Shown here: positions 20,101 through 28,585 of the stretch, one piece after another | How positions within the stretch are numbered: position 1 is the stretch's first letter | Layout: every line of letters begins with the position of its first letter | From: an uncultured bacterium | GTDB lineage: Bacteria > Vulcanimicrobiota > Xenobia > Xenobiales > Xenobiaceae | Assembly (NCBI GenBank): GCA_934644775.1 | Contig: CAKUDB010000001.1 | Coordinates: 36,441-100,440 of the forward strand | Length of the DNA: 64,000 bases | Reading direction: 5' to 3' | Program-made: the position numbers and the translations under genes | Notes under the pieces: model-generated | Database searches by the model: none | Told to the model about the DNA's origin: nothing | Seen by the model: only the letters and a program-made list of their open reading frames with translations

Positions 20101-20457
20101 TGTCAGCAATATCCTTGGTGCGCTGCTTTTGCTACCGGTATTTTGGCTAAGCATGGTGTAGAAGACTTCTCCGGTTGCTCCAATGTCAACTCTACCAACT
20201 ACTTGGTCAGTTGGTCGCAAGGCGAAGGCACTTGGAACCACGCCAGTGGCGATTATTCACCTAAGAGGGGCGATATGATCTTCTTCGATTGGGACGGATC
20301 CCGTACCAGCCCCGATCACGTAGGCTTGGTAGTTAATTACGATTCCAACAGCGGCACCATTACTACCGTTGAAGGTAATAGTAGCAACTCTGTAAGAGTT
20401 AAAACTTACAACCGCAACGACTCTTGCGTATTAGGCTATACGTCTATTGGCGACTAG
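17173..20457 (+). CDS. Coiled-coil / GH73 / CHAP multidomain peptidoglycan hydrolase, paralog 2 (1094 aa)
   Basis: The first ~1.8 kb is nucleotide-identical to paralog 1 apart from a few synonymous changes in codons 6-9. The central ~1 kb is divergent, with a different DGK-repeat number and a roughly 70%-identical GH73 domain. The 3' 440 nt plus 131-nt flank are again near-identical. Confidence 0.85.
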   Translation: MSLDKISSFLGISGISATTSSAAAPSNSSLGFATNDSISLSGSEAINAFGSLSVASLDDEAAATQSVEGAEAAAARATQAGVKAEEAADKTVKANADDEKAQAKANLTGEEARAQEAAQAEKAATQVKTQTEAAEQAKTAAAANANVDEANTDLEKAQAELEKVINEGDQEGKEANTAETLGTLEAEMEQLKKEQEKKAQEREALEQKQAQLVEDLAEAQADGDQEKVKQLSQELDQVNQQLSASQDDLSSLQNRISNLGDTIDSTRNQLDQENAAKAQNQQDKVNSAQSAQQNAASNVEQAQAQATSANEQSQAVQQAASQAGQAATEANAAAQASQSDAAKAASEAQDSKSKAEQAKADMEQLKSQATQARQEATTKAAEANKADSEVSQARSALEAAKAAKKIIEDKDGNTQQVPDEEAIASAQSALDSAQAKAEAAHSAADQAENKAAQLENQLEAAEGKSEQAQNQATQASQASDQAETKATDEASKADQAQTEATEADNQAQDAAGQVNSADQKAAKAGDTANQIDDKAQKAKDGVEAVEAANAADQAAADSAQDTADQAKDDAEQTKDGQAAATDGVKDASKDGAKDGAKIDPEKLPDGVFVDKNGTLYSEDGKKLPEGSTLNEDGKLVNGEGKLIDNKGNLINEDGQRIGADGKVMSEEEIAAADKAKADEAQASEAKANESGAKAADNKSDFEKATGISNEDLQKQIDQLGQQIAAQQAAAENGGGGGGNYGSGGGGVGGVGGSGGAGQVASGASVKRSSAAGDLDLSKCSDEDIAKAIDGFLVEKGSPAPAGTGDLFVEAGKKYDVDPLVLLSIAGQETRWGTAAGSVGINGWMGVGAYDSDPNNSTRNPIFRGVEKQIFMGGKTFAKLRGTGGSSSDASIADQAAAVNKAGWATDQNWHDGVTKIYHDQVVPYMLENLPGAELKGNKGIEGALDEALSMEGMTEGGNAAQINAITKDYNKSWALDCQQYPWCAAFATGILAKHGVEDFSGCSNVNSTNYLVSWSQGEGTWNHASGDYSPKRGDMIFFDWDGSRTSPDHVGLVVNYDSNSGTITTVEGNSSNSVRVKTYNRNDSCVLGYTSIGD

Positions 20458-20489
20458 TAAAATAGAGGCTTAATATAAGTCCTCCTAAA

Positions 20490-20543
20490 AGCTCTCCTTA
20501 ACGGTCAAATTAAACGACTTGGCCGGGCGGGGGAGCTTTTTTT
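20490..20543 (+). terminator. Terminator-like hairpin plus T7 downstream of paralog 2 (identical copy of 16947-17000)
   Basis: Identical sequence to the post-paralog-1 element. Confidence 0.45.
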
Positions 20544-20658
20544 GTCCAGTTAGTTAAAGATTAGTTAAATAAGTTTAGTGTAAAATGTTAGTCCTTTAAT
20601 TAACATATTCCCCGTGGCTCAAAGCAGAGGCTTTACGCCACCCTTAGTAAAAATTAAA

Positions 20659-20718
20659 AGTTAAATAAATGTTAAATCAGTAGATAAATTCTAGATAAAA
20701 TAAAGAAGTGCTTGATAA
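20659..20718 (+). promoter_or_regulatory. Conserved promoter-like module copy 3: TTAAATAAATGTTAA-N16-TAGATA ... CTTGATAA
   Basis: Same architecture as copies 1 and 2. It lies 90 nt upstream of the paralog 3 ATG at 20787. Relative to the paralog 2 upstream region, this one carries an about 75-bp insertion (20580-20655) containing inverted repeat atgtta-N10-taacat. Confidence 0.45.
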
Positions 20719-20786
20719 TATAGACAACGATACCTGTACATAGGTTGGATAGGCCTTGTGCTCGTAAAGGTAGGAGGGATTTTACT

Positions 20787-23234
20787 ATGACTATCAATAG
20801 CAACTACGACAATTCTGCTGCCATTAGACAGCAAGAAGAGGCTCGTCGTCAGGAGGAAGCCCGTCGTCGAGAAGAGGCTCGTCGCCAGGAAGAAGCTCGC
20901 AAAGCTGAAGAAGCTCGCAAGGCTCAAGAAGCTCAGCAAGCTAAAGAAGCCGAAGAGGCTCGCAAAGCTCAAGAAGCCCAAAGGGTCAGAGAAGAAGACA
21001 AAGTGGCCGTTACCAACAGCGAAGCAGCCGAATCTGGCAAAAGGGTAAAAGTTGCTTCTTTAGACGATGAAGGTGGCAGCTTCTCTGCCAGAGGAGAAGA
21101 GTTTAGCGGCACTAGCAGCAACTACGGCGCTAGAAAGTCCGAATATTCCACCCATGTTGCTTCCAGCGGTAGAACGCACGGCGGTGGTGGCGGCACTTTC
21201 AGCAGCAAGACCGAAGACAAGAGTTTTCTTGGAAAAGTCAAGGATGTTCTTGGCGGTGCTAAAGATAAAATTGTCGATCATATAAAAGACAAAGTCGCCG
21301 ACGGTTTAGATGGCGCTTCCGATTTAGCCGATAAGATCGGCATGGATGGCCTTTCTGACGATCTCGAAGAGATGGCTGACAAAGTTAGAGGTGAAGACGG
21401 CGAAGAAGTTTCCGACGCCGACAAAGCTAAGGCTAAAGACGGCGTAGAAAAAACTAAAGAAGAGATTAAAGAGAAGATTAAGGAAAAGAAACTCGAGAAG
21501 CTCAACCAAGAGAAAGAAGTCCAGACTAAGAAGCAAGAAGAGCTGGAGAAAAAGCGCGACGAGACTATCGAAGAGTTGGAAAAAGCCCAAGCTGCTGGCG
21601 ATCAGGCCAAAGTTAAAGAGCTTACCAACAAGCTCGACGGTATCAACGACGAACTTTCTGAAGTAAACGATAAGCTCGACAAGATCAATAAAAAGATCGA
21701 CGAGCTGGAGCCCAAGCCCGAAGAGGAAATGGAGAAGCTCCAGAAAGACATGGACGAGCTTAATAAGCAAGAAGAGGCTAAGCTCAAAGAAAAAGAAGAG
21801 CTGGAGAAGAAGCAAGAAGAGCTCGTTGAAGAGTTGGCTGCTGCCAAAGCGGCTGGCGACCAGGAGAAGATTGCCGAAATTACCAGCAAGTTGCAAGGCG
21901 TCAACGAAGACTTAGAAAAAGTCAACGGCGAGCTGGAAGATATTCAGTCACAAAAGCAGAACCTCCAGAAAGATATTGACAAGGTTCAGGGCGAGATCGA
22001 CGCCAAGAATCCTCCTGCTGAAGAGGCCGCTCCGGCTCAGGGTGCCGAAGGTAAGCAAGCTGCTTCTAACGAGGCCTCTGGGGCTCAGGGTGCCGCTAAT
22101 GGCAATAATGGTGCCAATGGCACTAATGGTGGCGGTGGCAACAATGGTGGCGGCGGTACCGGAGGTGTCAACGGTGGCGGTGGTGGCCGTGGCACTGGTG
22201 GTGTAGGTGGTACTGGCGCTGCTCAGGGTGCTGGCAATACTGGAGCTGCTGCTCGCACTACTGCGGCTGGCGACATCGATATTTCCAAGTGCTCCGACGC
22301 CGATGTGGCCAAGGCTATCGATGGCTTCTTGGCTTCTAAGGGCTCTTCGGCTCCCGAAGGTACCGGCGCTATGTTCGTTAAGGCCGGTAAAGAGAATAAT
22401 GTCGATCCCTTAGTATTGCTCTCTATTGCTGGTCAGGAGACCCAGTGGGGCAAGACGGGTATCGGTATCAACGGTTGGATGGGCGTAGGTGCCTACGACT
22501 CCGATCCTAACAACGCTACTCGCAATTCCAAGTTCTCTGGCGTAGAGAATCAGATCAATGTCGGAGCCCGAACTTTCGCCAACTTGCGCGCTAAGGGCGG
22601 ATCTTCTGCCGACGCCTCTATCGCCGAGCAGACTTCCGCTGTAAATAAAGCCGGTTGGGCTACCGACCAGAATTGGCATAAGGGCGTCACCAGCATCTAC
22701 CATGATCAGGTAGGCGCTTACATGCTCGAGCACCTCAAAGGTGCCGAAACTAAAGGCGGCAAAGGCGTGTCCGGTGCTCTCACCGAAGCTGGCTCTATGG
22801 TAGGCATGACCGAAAGTGGCAACGCTGCCCAGATCAATGCCATTACCAAAGACTGGAACCAGAGCTGGGCTCTCGATTGTCAGCAGCAGCCTTGGTGCGC
22901 CGCTTTCGCTACTGGTATTTTGGCTAAGCATGGTGTCATGGACTTTAGCAAGTGCTCCAATGTCAACTATACTCCCACTTTGGTAGAGTGGTCTAAGAGC
23001 CAGAAAACTTGGCAGCAGGGTGGCAACGGCTATGCTCCTAAGGCTGGCGATATGATTATGTTCGACTGGGACAACACCCGCAGCGGTGCCGACCACGTGG
23101 GTATCGTAGAAAGTTACGACGCAGCCAGCGGTACCGTTACTACTATTGAAGGCAATAGCAGCAACTCCGTACGTCGCAAGACTTATAATGTCAACGCCGC
23201 TTGTATTATGGGCTTCATTATGCCTAATAAATAA
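20787..23234 (+). CDS. Coiled-coil / GH73 / CHAP multidomain peptidoglycan hydrolase, paralog 3 (815 aa from ATG 20787)
   Basis: Start trimmed to the ATG with RBS taggaggg 8 nt upstream. The ORF-track TTG at 20745 is unlikely. The N-terminus has (EEARRQ)n hexapeptide repeats. E/K-rich coiled coil carries repeated AAGDQ(A/E)K(V/I)KEL...L.GVN.(E/D)L motifs. A GGGGNNGGGGTGG linker follows. The GH73 domain has AGQETQWGKTG and WATDQNW. The CHAP domain has QPWCAAFATGIL and DHVGIVESYD. Confidence 0.85.
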   Translation: MTINSNYDNSAAIRQQEEARRQEEARRREEARRQEEARKAEEARKAQEAQQAKEAEEARKAQEAQRVREEDKVAVTNSEAAESGKRVKVASLDDEGGSFSARGEEFSGTSSNYGARKSEYSTHVASSGRTHGGGGGTFSSKTEDKSFLGKVKDVLGGAKDKIVDHIKDKVADGLDGASDLADKIGMDGLSDDLEEMADKVRGEDGEEVSDADKAKAKDGVEKTKEEIKEKIKEKKLEKLNQEKEVQTKKQEELEKKRDETIEELEKAQAAGDQAKVKELTNKLDGINDELSEVNDKLDKINKKIDELEPKPEEEMEKLQKDMDELNKQEEAKLKEKEELEKKQEELVEELAAAKAAGDQEKIAEITSKLQGVNEDLEKVNGELEDIQSQKQNLQKDIDKVQGEIDAKNPPAEEAAPAQGAEGKQAASNEASGAQGAANGNNGANGTNGGGGNNGGGGTGGVNGGGGGRGTGGVGGTGAAQGAGNTGAAARTTAAGDIDISKCSDADVAKAIDGFLASKGSSAPEGTGAMFVKAGKENNVDPLVLLSIAGQETQWGKTGIGINGWMGVGAYDSDPNNATRNSKFSGVENQINVGARTFANLRAKGGSSADASIAEQTSAVNKAGWATDQNWHKGVTSIYHDQVGAYMLEHLKGAETKGGKGVSGALTEAGSMVGMTESGNAAQINAITKDWNQSWALDCQQQPWCAAFATGILAKHGVMDFSKCSNVNYTPTLVEWSKSQKTWQQGGNGYAPKAGDMIMFDWDNTRSGADHVGIVESYDAASGTVTTIEGNSSNSVRRKTYNVNAACIMGFIMPNK

Positions 23235-23264
23235 AGTATAAGATGGCGCTCTACTATTAAGGGC

Positions 23265-23308
23265 AAAAAAGGGGACAGCTTCTTTTAGGAGCTGTCCCTT
23301 ATTTTTTT
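23265..23308 (+). terminator. Strong rho-independent terminator after paralog 3
   Basis: aaaaaaggggacagct-tcttttagg-agctgtccctt-attttttt. The stem is 10 bp with no mismatch. Confidence 0.7.
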
Positions 23309-23473
23309 CCCTAATTATCGCTACTCTTCTCAATTGATGCTGTTAGGCAGATGAAAAAAACTTTACTAACTGTTAATTTTGATTTATTATCTAGGTTAAG
23401 ATGGGCTGTTTGTGTGCATTTTTATATGTCCATCAAATTTTTTACTCCCAGGGATTGAGGAGGAACATAATTT

Positions 23474-26400
23474 ATGCAAAATCTTCTGGCCCGCACCAAA
23501 GGGAGCTCGCGTTGGCTGGGCTTGTGCCTTTTCGCTATAGCCTTCCTGTGTGCTGCTCTCATTTCCGGTTGCGGCAGTTCCGGTAGCTCCGGCGGCGGTG
23601 GCACTTCTGATTCTGCTTCCTCAAAAGGAACTACCGATGTTATTTTCCATTTTAATGAATCAAGTTCAGCTAAAATATTAGCTCGGGCTATCCCCCAGGG
23701 TACTACCCATATCCGTTTTACTGGCAACGATAATAACCGTGAGAAGCGCTATGGCCCTACTGAAAAAGCCTACGCTTCTACTATCACTTTAAATAATGTT
23801 CCGGTTAGTGTTACCGGTTTTGTTCTTGAGTGCATCAAAAAAGATGGCAAAAACGTCGAACTTACCGCTATTGTTCCTGTTGATAAGGTATCATTAACTG
23901 AAGACAAGGAAAACCTTGTTATAATTAGCGATTCCTACGTTAAACCGCTTAGCGAAGTTGTTAAAAGTGTAACTAATACTCCTAGTGAGTTTAATCCCTT
24001 TGCCATTGGCATGAGTGAAAGTTTTACAGTTATTGCTACTTTAGAAGGTGGTCAGACTGTAGCTCTTACTCCTTACTTAACATTTACCAGCAGCGATCCC
24101 AAGGTAGCTACTGTCGAGCAGAATGGTTTTGACGGTGCTAAAGTTGTTGCCCAAGGCGGCGGCACAGCCACTATTTCTGGTGAAGTGTTAGGCGTAAAAA
24201 CTAATATTACGGTGACAGTCGATCCTGGTAAACGCGAGACAGGTGTTAAGTTCGTCCCTAGTACAACAAAAGTGACCCAGGGACTGTCCGTACCTCTTGA
24301 AGCCAAAATGGTTTGGAATGATGGGACAACAACAGAAATTGATAAAGATCGTGTAACATCATACACTGCCGATCCTAAAGATGCAGTTACTATTGAGAAA
24401 ACTGACAAGGGTTGCAAAGTCACCGCTGATAAAGGCGCTAAAGAAGGAACTAAAGTAACTATCACTATGACAGTTACAAATGAAGGTGGAGATCCTTTCA
24501 CCGGTAAAGCTACTGTTGAAATTACCAATAAAACGGTTGTGTCTATTGCTATCTCTAATGATACTACTGGCGATATGCTCAATAAGCTTTATCCTACCGG
24601 CAAAAATAACAACAGCTGTCAGTTTACCGCTACGGTTACTTGGAGCGATGGCGCAAAAACTGATGAAACTAATACAGTTACTTGGACGAGTTCTACCCCT
24701 ACTGTCGCTGCTTTCGATGAAACTACTAAAGGCAAGTTGAATGCTGTTGCTGTCGGTGAAACTACTGTATTTGCTGAACGTGATGGAATAAAATCTGAAA
24801 ACTCTACCATTACTGTAAAAGAACCTGGTGTTACTGAGCTTAAGACTGATGTTTATAATCCTGAAGAAGGTTTCGTAGCTTACATTAAGGATGGCGTTGG
24901 TCGGCCTTACCCTATCACTGTGACTGCCGTCTATGCTAATGGTGAAGAAAAAACTGTTGCTTTAAGTGACCTTACCTCTGAATTCTTTAGAACTGAAGGT
25001 GCAACCAGCTCAGAATATGTCGAGTTCCAAGAGGGTGAAAAGGGTGCAATTAACATTGTTCCTAAGAGCGTTACTGACGAGTCGGATAGTTTCATCAGAT
25101 TCACTTACGAAGGAAAATCTAAAGATGTAAAAATTGCCATTAAAGATGTACTTCCTGAGAAGATAGCTATAAACTTAGTAGATACAACTACTGACAAGAC
25201 TTATAACATCAACCCCACCGACGGCACTTATGAGATTGGTATACCTTATGGCCGCTCTTACAAAATTGTTGTACGTGCCCAAGCTAATAACGGTGAGGAC
25301 TTAGGTGACATCTCTGGTAACTATGAGTTTAAAGATAGCTTAGTTAGAGATGAAAAATTTGAGCATGGCTTAGCCTATCCGATCGTCGTTGATGGTATGT
25401 CTAAAGATAAGGAATGGTCTTCCAGTGCCAAAATCATTAGCTATGCCCAAGATTACAATAGAGCTATATTCTCTGGTGACGATAGTACGCCGCTTGGCGA
25501 TCGTGTCTATACGCAATACAAGACTATTGAGGAAAAGGATGGGGTAAAGAGCGTTGTAATTAAAAACGTAAGCGAGGACGCTCGAACAATAACTGTTACC
25601 GGACAGAGTAAAGCTGACCAGATAGAAGCTTTCCAGGTAAAAGTTACTTTGAAGATGCCTGCTGTTGACAAGTATATAGCCGTTTATAACGACAAGGATA
25701 ACGGGACTACTTTTGACATTCCTCGTGGCGTTGACTTTGACATAACCAATTCTGGCCAACATAAAGTTAAGGCTCAGATGTCTTACGCAAAATGTGAAGC
25801 CTCAGCAGAGTTCCCAGAAGAGGACAATTTGAAAGATGTCACTGAGAATATGACTATAGATGAAGAATCTATTACTCCTCTCTTAAACACTTTCTTGGTT
25901 GAAAAGAAGGCTGAGGGTAGCTACTCCAGCGTAACTGATGAAGATGCGTATAGTAGCCGTAATAAGATCGGCCAGACCGGCAATATTACCATGAAGAATA
26001 AGTGGGATGACAAGTCTGAAAACTTCGGTTGTGAAGCTGCTTCGGGTAAGCCTTTCCAGAGCTTTAATGTTGAACCGGCTGAGTTCACTTTGAAACTTGA
26101 GAGGCCTACTATCGTTAGCTGTAAGCCTGTAGTCTTAGGTGAAGATGGTAACCAAGTTACAGCTGAAACTGACGGTAAATATCATTTCAAAGCTAATACA
26201 AAGTTCCAATTCTTGTTGAAAGATGTAGAACTTAGTGATAAAGGTAAACTTGATCACTTAGAAGGTAATAGTACTATTAGCAGTATCTACTATGAGGGAA
26301 GGTATATCGATATAGTTAAGCTCTTGGATCCTAAGAAAATAGACAGCTTGTATCAAGTTCAAGATAGTGAAGAGCTTAGCGCTGGTGCCGCTAGCGATAT

Positions 26401-26497
26401 TAAGATTACTCCTGACCCTCACCAGTACTACAATGTTTCTGATTATGTTGATAAACATAAAGATGACGTAACCATAACTGTTGTTTTGGACAAGTAA
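23474..26497 (+). CDS. Surface lipoprotein with multiple bacterial Ig-like (Big_2) domains, 1007 aa
   Basis: Signal peptide plus lipobox ...CAALISGCGSSGSSGGGG. Repeated Big_2-like segments are present, for example ATVEQNGFDGAKVVAQGGGTATISGEVLG...TVTVDP. RBS ggaggaa sits upstream. Confidence 0.7.
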   Translation: MQNLLARTKGSSRWLGLCLFAIAFLCAALISGCGSSGSSGGGGTSDSASSKGTTDVIFHFNESSSAKILARAIPQGTTHIRFTGNDNNREKRYGPTEKAYASTITLNNVPVSVTGFVLECIKKDGKNVELTAIVPVDKVSLTEDKENLVIISDSYVKPLSEVVKSVTNTPSEFNPFAIGMSESFTVIATLEGGQTVALTPYLTFTSSDPKVATVEQNGFDGAKVVAQGGGTATISGEVLGVKTNITVTVDPGKRETGVKFVPSTTKVTQGLSVPLEAKMVWNDGTTTEIDKDRVTSYTADPKDAVTIEKTDKGCKVTADKGAKEGTKVTITMTVTNEGGDPFTGKATVEITNKTVVSIAISNDTTGDMLNKLYPTGKNNNSCQFTATVTWSDGAKTDETNTVTWTSSTPTVAAFDETTKGKLNAVAVGETTVFAERDGIKSENSTITVKEPGVTELKTDVYNPEEGFVAYIKDGVGRPYPITVTAVYANGEEKTVALSDLTSEFFRTEGATSSEYVEFQEGEKGAINIVPKSVTDESDSFIRFTYEGKSKDVKIAIKDVLPEKIAINLVDTTTDKTYNINPTDGTYEIGIPYGRSYKIVVRAQANNGEDLGDISGNYEFKDSLVRDEKFEHGLAYPIVVDGMSKDKEWSSSAKIISYAQDYNRAIFSGDDSTPLGDRVYTQYKTIEEKDGVKSVVIKNVSEDARTITVTGQSKADQIEAFQVKVTLKMPAVDKYIAVYNDKDNGTTFDIPRGVDFDITNSGQHKVKAQMSYAKCEASAEFPEEDNLKDVTENMTIDEESITPLLNTFLVEKKAEGSYSSVTDEDAYSSRNKIGQTGNITMKNKWDDKSENFGCEAASGKPFQSFNVEPAEFTLKLERPTIVSCKPVVLGEDGNQVTAETDGKYHFKANTKFQFLLKDVELSDKGKLDHLEGNSTISSIYYEGRYIDIVKLLDPKKIDSLYQVQDSEELSAGAASDIKITPDPHQYYNVSDYVDKHKDDVTITVVLDK

Positions 26498-26613
26498 TCT
26501 TAGCTAAATTTTCGCTTGGAGAGCTTGCCTCTCTAAGCGAAAATAGCTAAACGATAATCCCCGCTTACTGTAGGGTAGGTGGGGATTATTTTATTGTGTT
26601 GCTACTATATACA

Positions 26614-26661
26614 AATAAAAAAACTTCGCTCAGGCTATGTAAGCCTAAACGAAGTTTTTTT
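26614..26661. terminator. Bidirectional terminator (A-run / hairpin / T-run) between convergent genes
   Basis: aaaaaaacttcgctcaggc-tatgtaa-gcctaaacgaagttttttt. It lies 35 nt past the 3' end of the minus-strand GGGtGRT gene. Confidence 0.55.
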
Positions 26662-26694
26662 GCGTAGAGTTGCTTGGGCAGCCTCTAACCTAGC

Positions 26695-27696
26695 TTACTT
26701 TTTCAAAGCTTCGGCTACGGAAACGGCTACAGCTACAGTGGCACCAACCATAGGGTTGTTACCCATACCCAGGAAGCCCATCATTTCGACGTGGGCGGGC
26801 ACAGAGCTGGAACCGGCGAACTGAGCGTCGGAATGCATACGGCCCATAGTATCGGTCATACCGTAAGAAGCAGGGCCGGCAGCCATATTGTCGGGATGTA
26901 AGGTGCGACCAGTGCCGCCGCCGGAAGCTACTGAGAAGTACTTCTTACCTTGCTCAATGCACTCTTTTTTGTAAGTGCCGGCTACGGGGTGCTGGAAGCG
27001 GGTAGGGTTGGTGGAGTTGCCAGTAATGGAAACGTCTACGCCCTCTAAGTGCATGATGGCTACGCCTTCGCGAACGTCGTCAGCGCCGAAGCAGCGGACT
27101 TTGGCACGCTCGCCTTTAGAGTAGGCAATCTCTTTAACTACTTCAATTTTGCCGGTGAAGTAGTCAAATTTGGTTTGCACATAGGTAAAGCCGTTGATAC
27201 GGGAGATGATCTGAGCGGCGTCTTTGCCTAAGCCATTCAAGATAACGCGCAAAGGAGTTTGGCGGGCTTTGTTGGCGTTGTTGACGATACCGATGGCACC
27301 TTCAGCGGCGGCGAAAGATTCGTGGCCGGCCAAGAAAGCGAAGCACTTAGTCTCGTCACTTAAAAGCATAGCGCCTAAGTTGCCGTGACCGAGACCGACT
27401 TTGCGATCGTCAGCTACGGAACCGGGAATGCAGAAAGCTTGCAAGCCCACGCCAATTAAGCGAGCGGCTTCGGCAGCGTCTTTAGCACCTTTTTTGAGGG
27501 CAATGGCGGCGCCTACAGTGTAGGCCCAGCAAGCATTGTCAAAAGCGATAGGCTGAACTTTGCGGACGACATCGTAAGGGGCGATGCCATGCTCATCGCA
27601 AATAGCCTTGGCTTCTTCGATACTGGAAATACCGTACTCGGCGAGCACAGCGTTGATTTTATCAATACGGCGTTCGTAACTTTCAAATAATGACAT
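26695..27696 (-). CDS. GGGtGRT-family protein
   Basis: The family-name motif ...FSVASGGGTGRTLHPD... is present. Size 333 aa. RBS gggaga sits upstream. It lies next to a NifU-like gene, as I recall is usual for this family. Confidence 0.7.
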   Translation of the reverse strand: MSLFESYERRIDKINAVLAEYGISSIEEAKAICDEHGIAPYDVVRKVQPIAFDNACWAYTVGAAIALKKGAKDAAEAARLIGVGLQAFCIPGSVADDRKVGLGHGNLGAMLLSDETKCFAFLAGHESFAAAEGAIGIVNNANKARQTPLRVILNGLGKDAAQIISRINGFTYVQTKFDYFTGKIEVVKEIAYSKGERAKVRCFGADDVREGVAIMHLEGVDVSITGNSTNPTRFQHPVAGTYKKECIEQGKKYFSVASGGGTGRTLHPDNMAAGPASYGMTDTMGRMHSDAQFAGSSSVPAHVEMMGFLGMGNNPMVGATVAVAVSVAEALKK

Positions 27697-27708
27697 TGCG
27701 CTATCTCC

Positions 27709-28401
27709 CTATTCCTGACGAGGATCGACGAATTTGACACCGTCGGCGAAACGGCCGTAAGTGCCGGTGGCATCCTTCATGGCCTGGGCGGGCTCTACGC
27801 CCTTCTTGATAGCGGCCATCATCTTGCCTATGTTGACAAACTCATAACCGATAATGAGACTGTCTGCGTCGAGAGCAATGCGAGTGACATAGCCTTCAGC
27901 CATCTCTAAGTAGCGAGCGCCCTTAGCTTTGGTTCCGTACATGGTGCCGAGCTGACTGCGCAAAGCTTTACCCAAATCTTCGAGGCCAGCCCCAATAGGA
28001 AGGCCATCTTCGGAGAAGGCGGTCTGGGTGCGACCATAAACGATCTGGAGGAAGAGTTCGCGCATAGCTACATTGATAGCGTCGCATACTAAGTCGGTGT
28101 TGAGAGCTTCTAAAATAGTTTTGCCAGGTAAAATTTCGGCAGCCATGGCGGCAGAATGGGTCATACCGCTGCAACCGACAGTTTCCACCAAAGCTTCTTC
28201 AATAATGCCATTTTTGACATTAAGGGTGAGTTTGCAAGCACCCTGTTGGGGAGCGCAGCGGCCTACGCCATGAGTCAAGCCGCTAATTTCGCTGATCTCT
28301 TTGACCTGTACCCATTTGCCCTCTTCGGGAATGGGGGCCGGACCATGATATGCGCCCTTAGCGATAGGACACATGTGAGACACTTCTGCTGAGTAAATCA
28401 T
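27709..28401 (-). CDS. NifU/IscU-like Fe-S cluster assembly scaffold domain protein
   Basis: Start set to the ATG at 28401, where RBS taaggag lies 8 nt upstream. The ORF-track start 28464 adds 21 aa. The IscU-like motif is CKLTLNVKNGIIEEALVETVGCSGMTHSAAMAAE. Confidence 0.65.
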   Translation of the reverse strand: MIYSAEVSHMCPIAKGAYHGPAPIPEEGKWVQVKEISEISGLTHGVGRCAPQQGACKLTLNVKNGIIEEALVETVGCSGMTHSAAMAAEILPGKTILEALNTDLVCDAINVAMRELFLQIVYGRTQTAFSEDGLPIGAGLEDLGKALRSQLGTMYGTKAKGARYLEMAEGYVTRIALDADSLIIGYEFVNIGKMMAAIKKGVEPAQAMKDATGTYGRFADGVKFVDPRQE

Positions 28402-28585
28402 AGAATTACTCCTTAACTGAAAGAATAGCAAATTACAGCTCGCCTTGCTTCTGCGAAAAAGCACTTAAGCCCTTCTGCCAAGATTTGCTGCCCTTTAAGA
28501 ATAAGTATCTATACATATAGTGGCTCCCAGCCCCTCTAAAGATATTTTTTTACTTTATTTTAATAAAAAGGTTCGTTTTTAGGCG

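Noticed and set aside
13693-23234. CRISPR array, diversity-generating retroelement, or prophage as an explanation for the repeats
   Set aside because: The repeat unit is 3.5 kb of protein-coding sequence. There are no short spacer-interspersed repeats, no reverse transcriptase, and no capsid, terminase, integrase or tail genes anywhere in the window.
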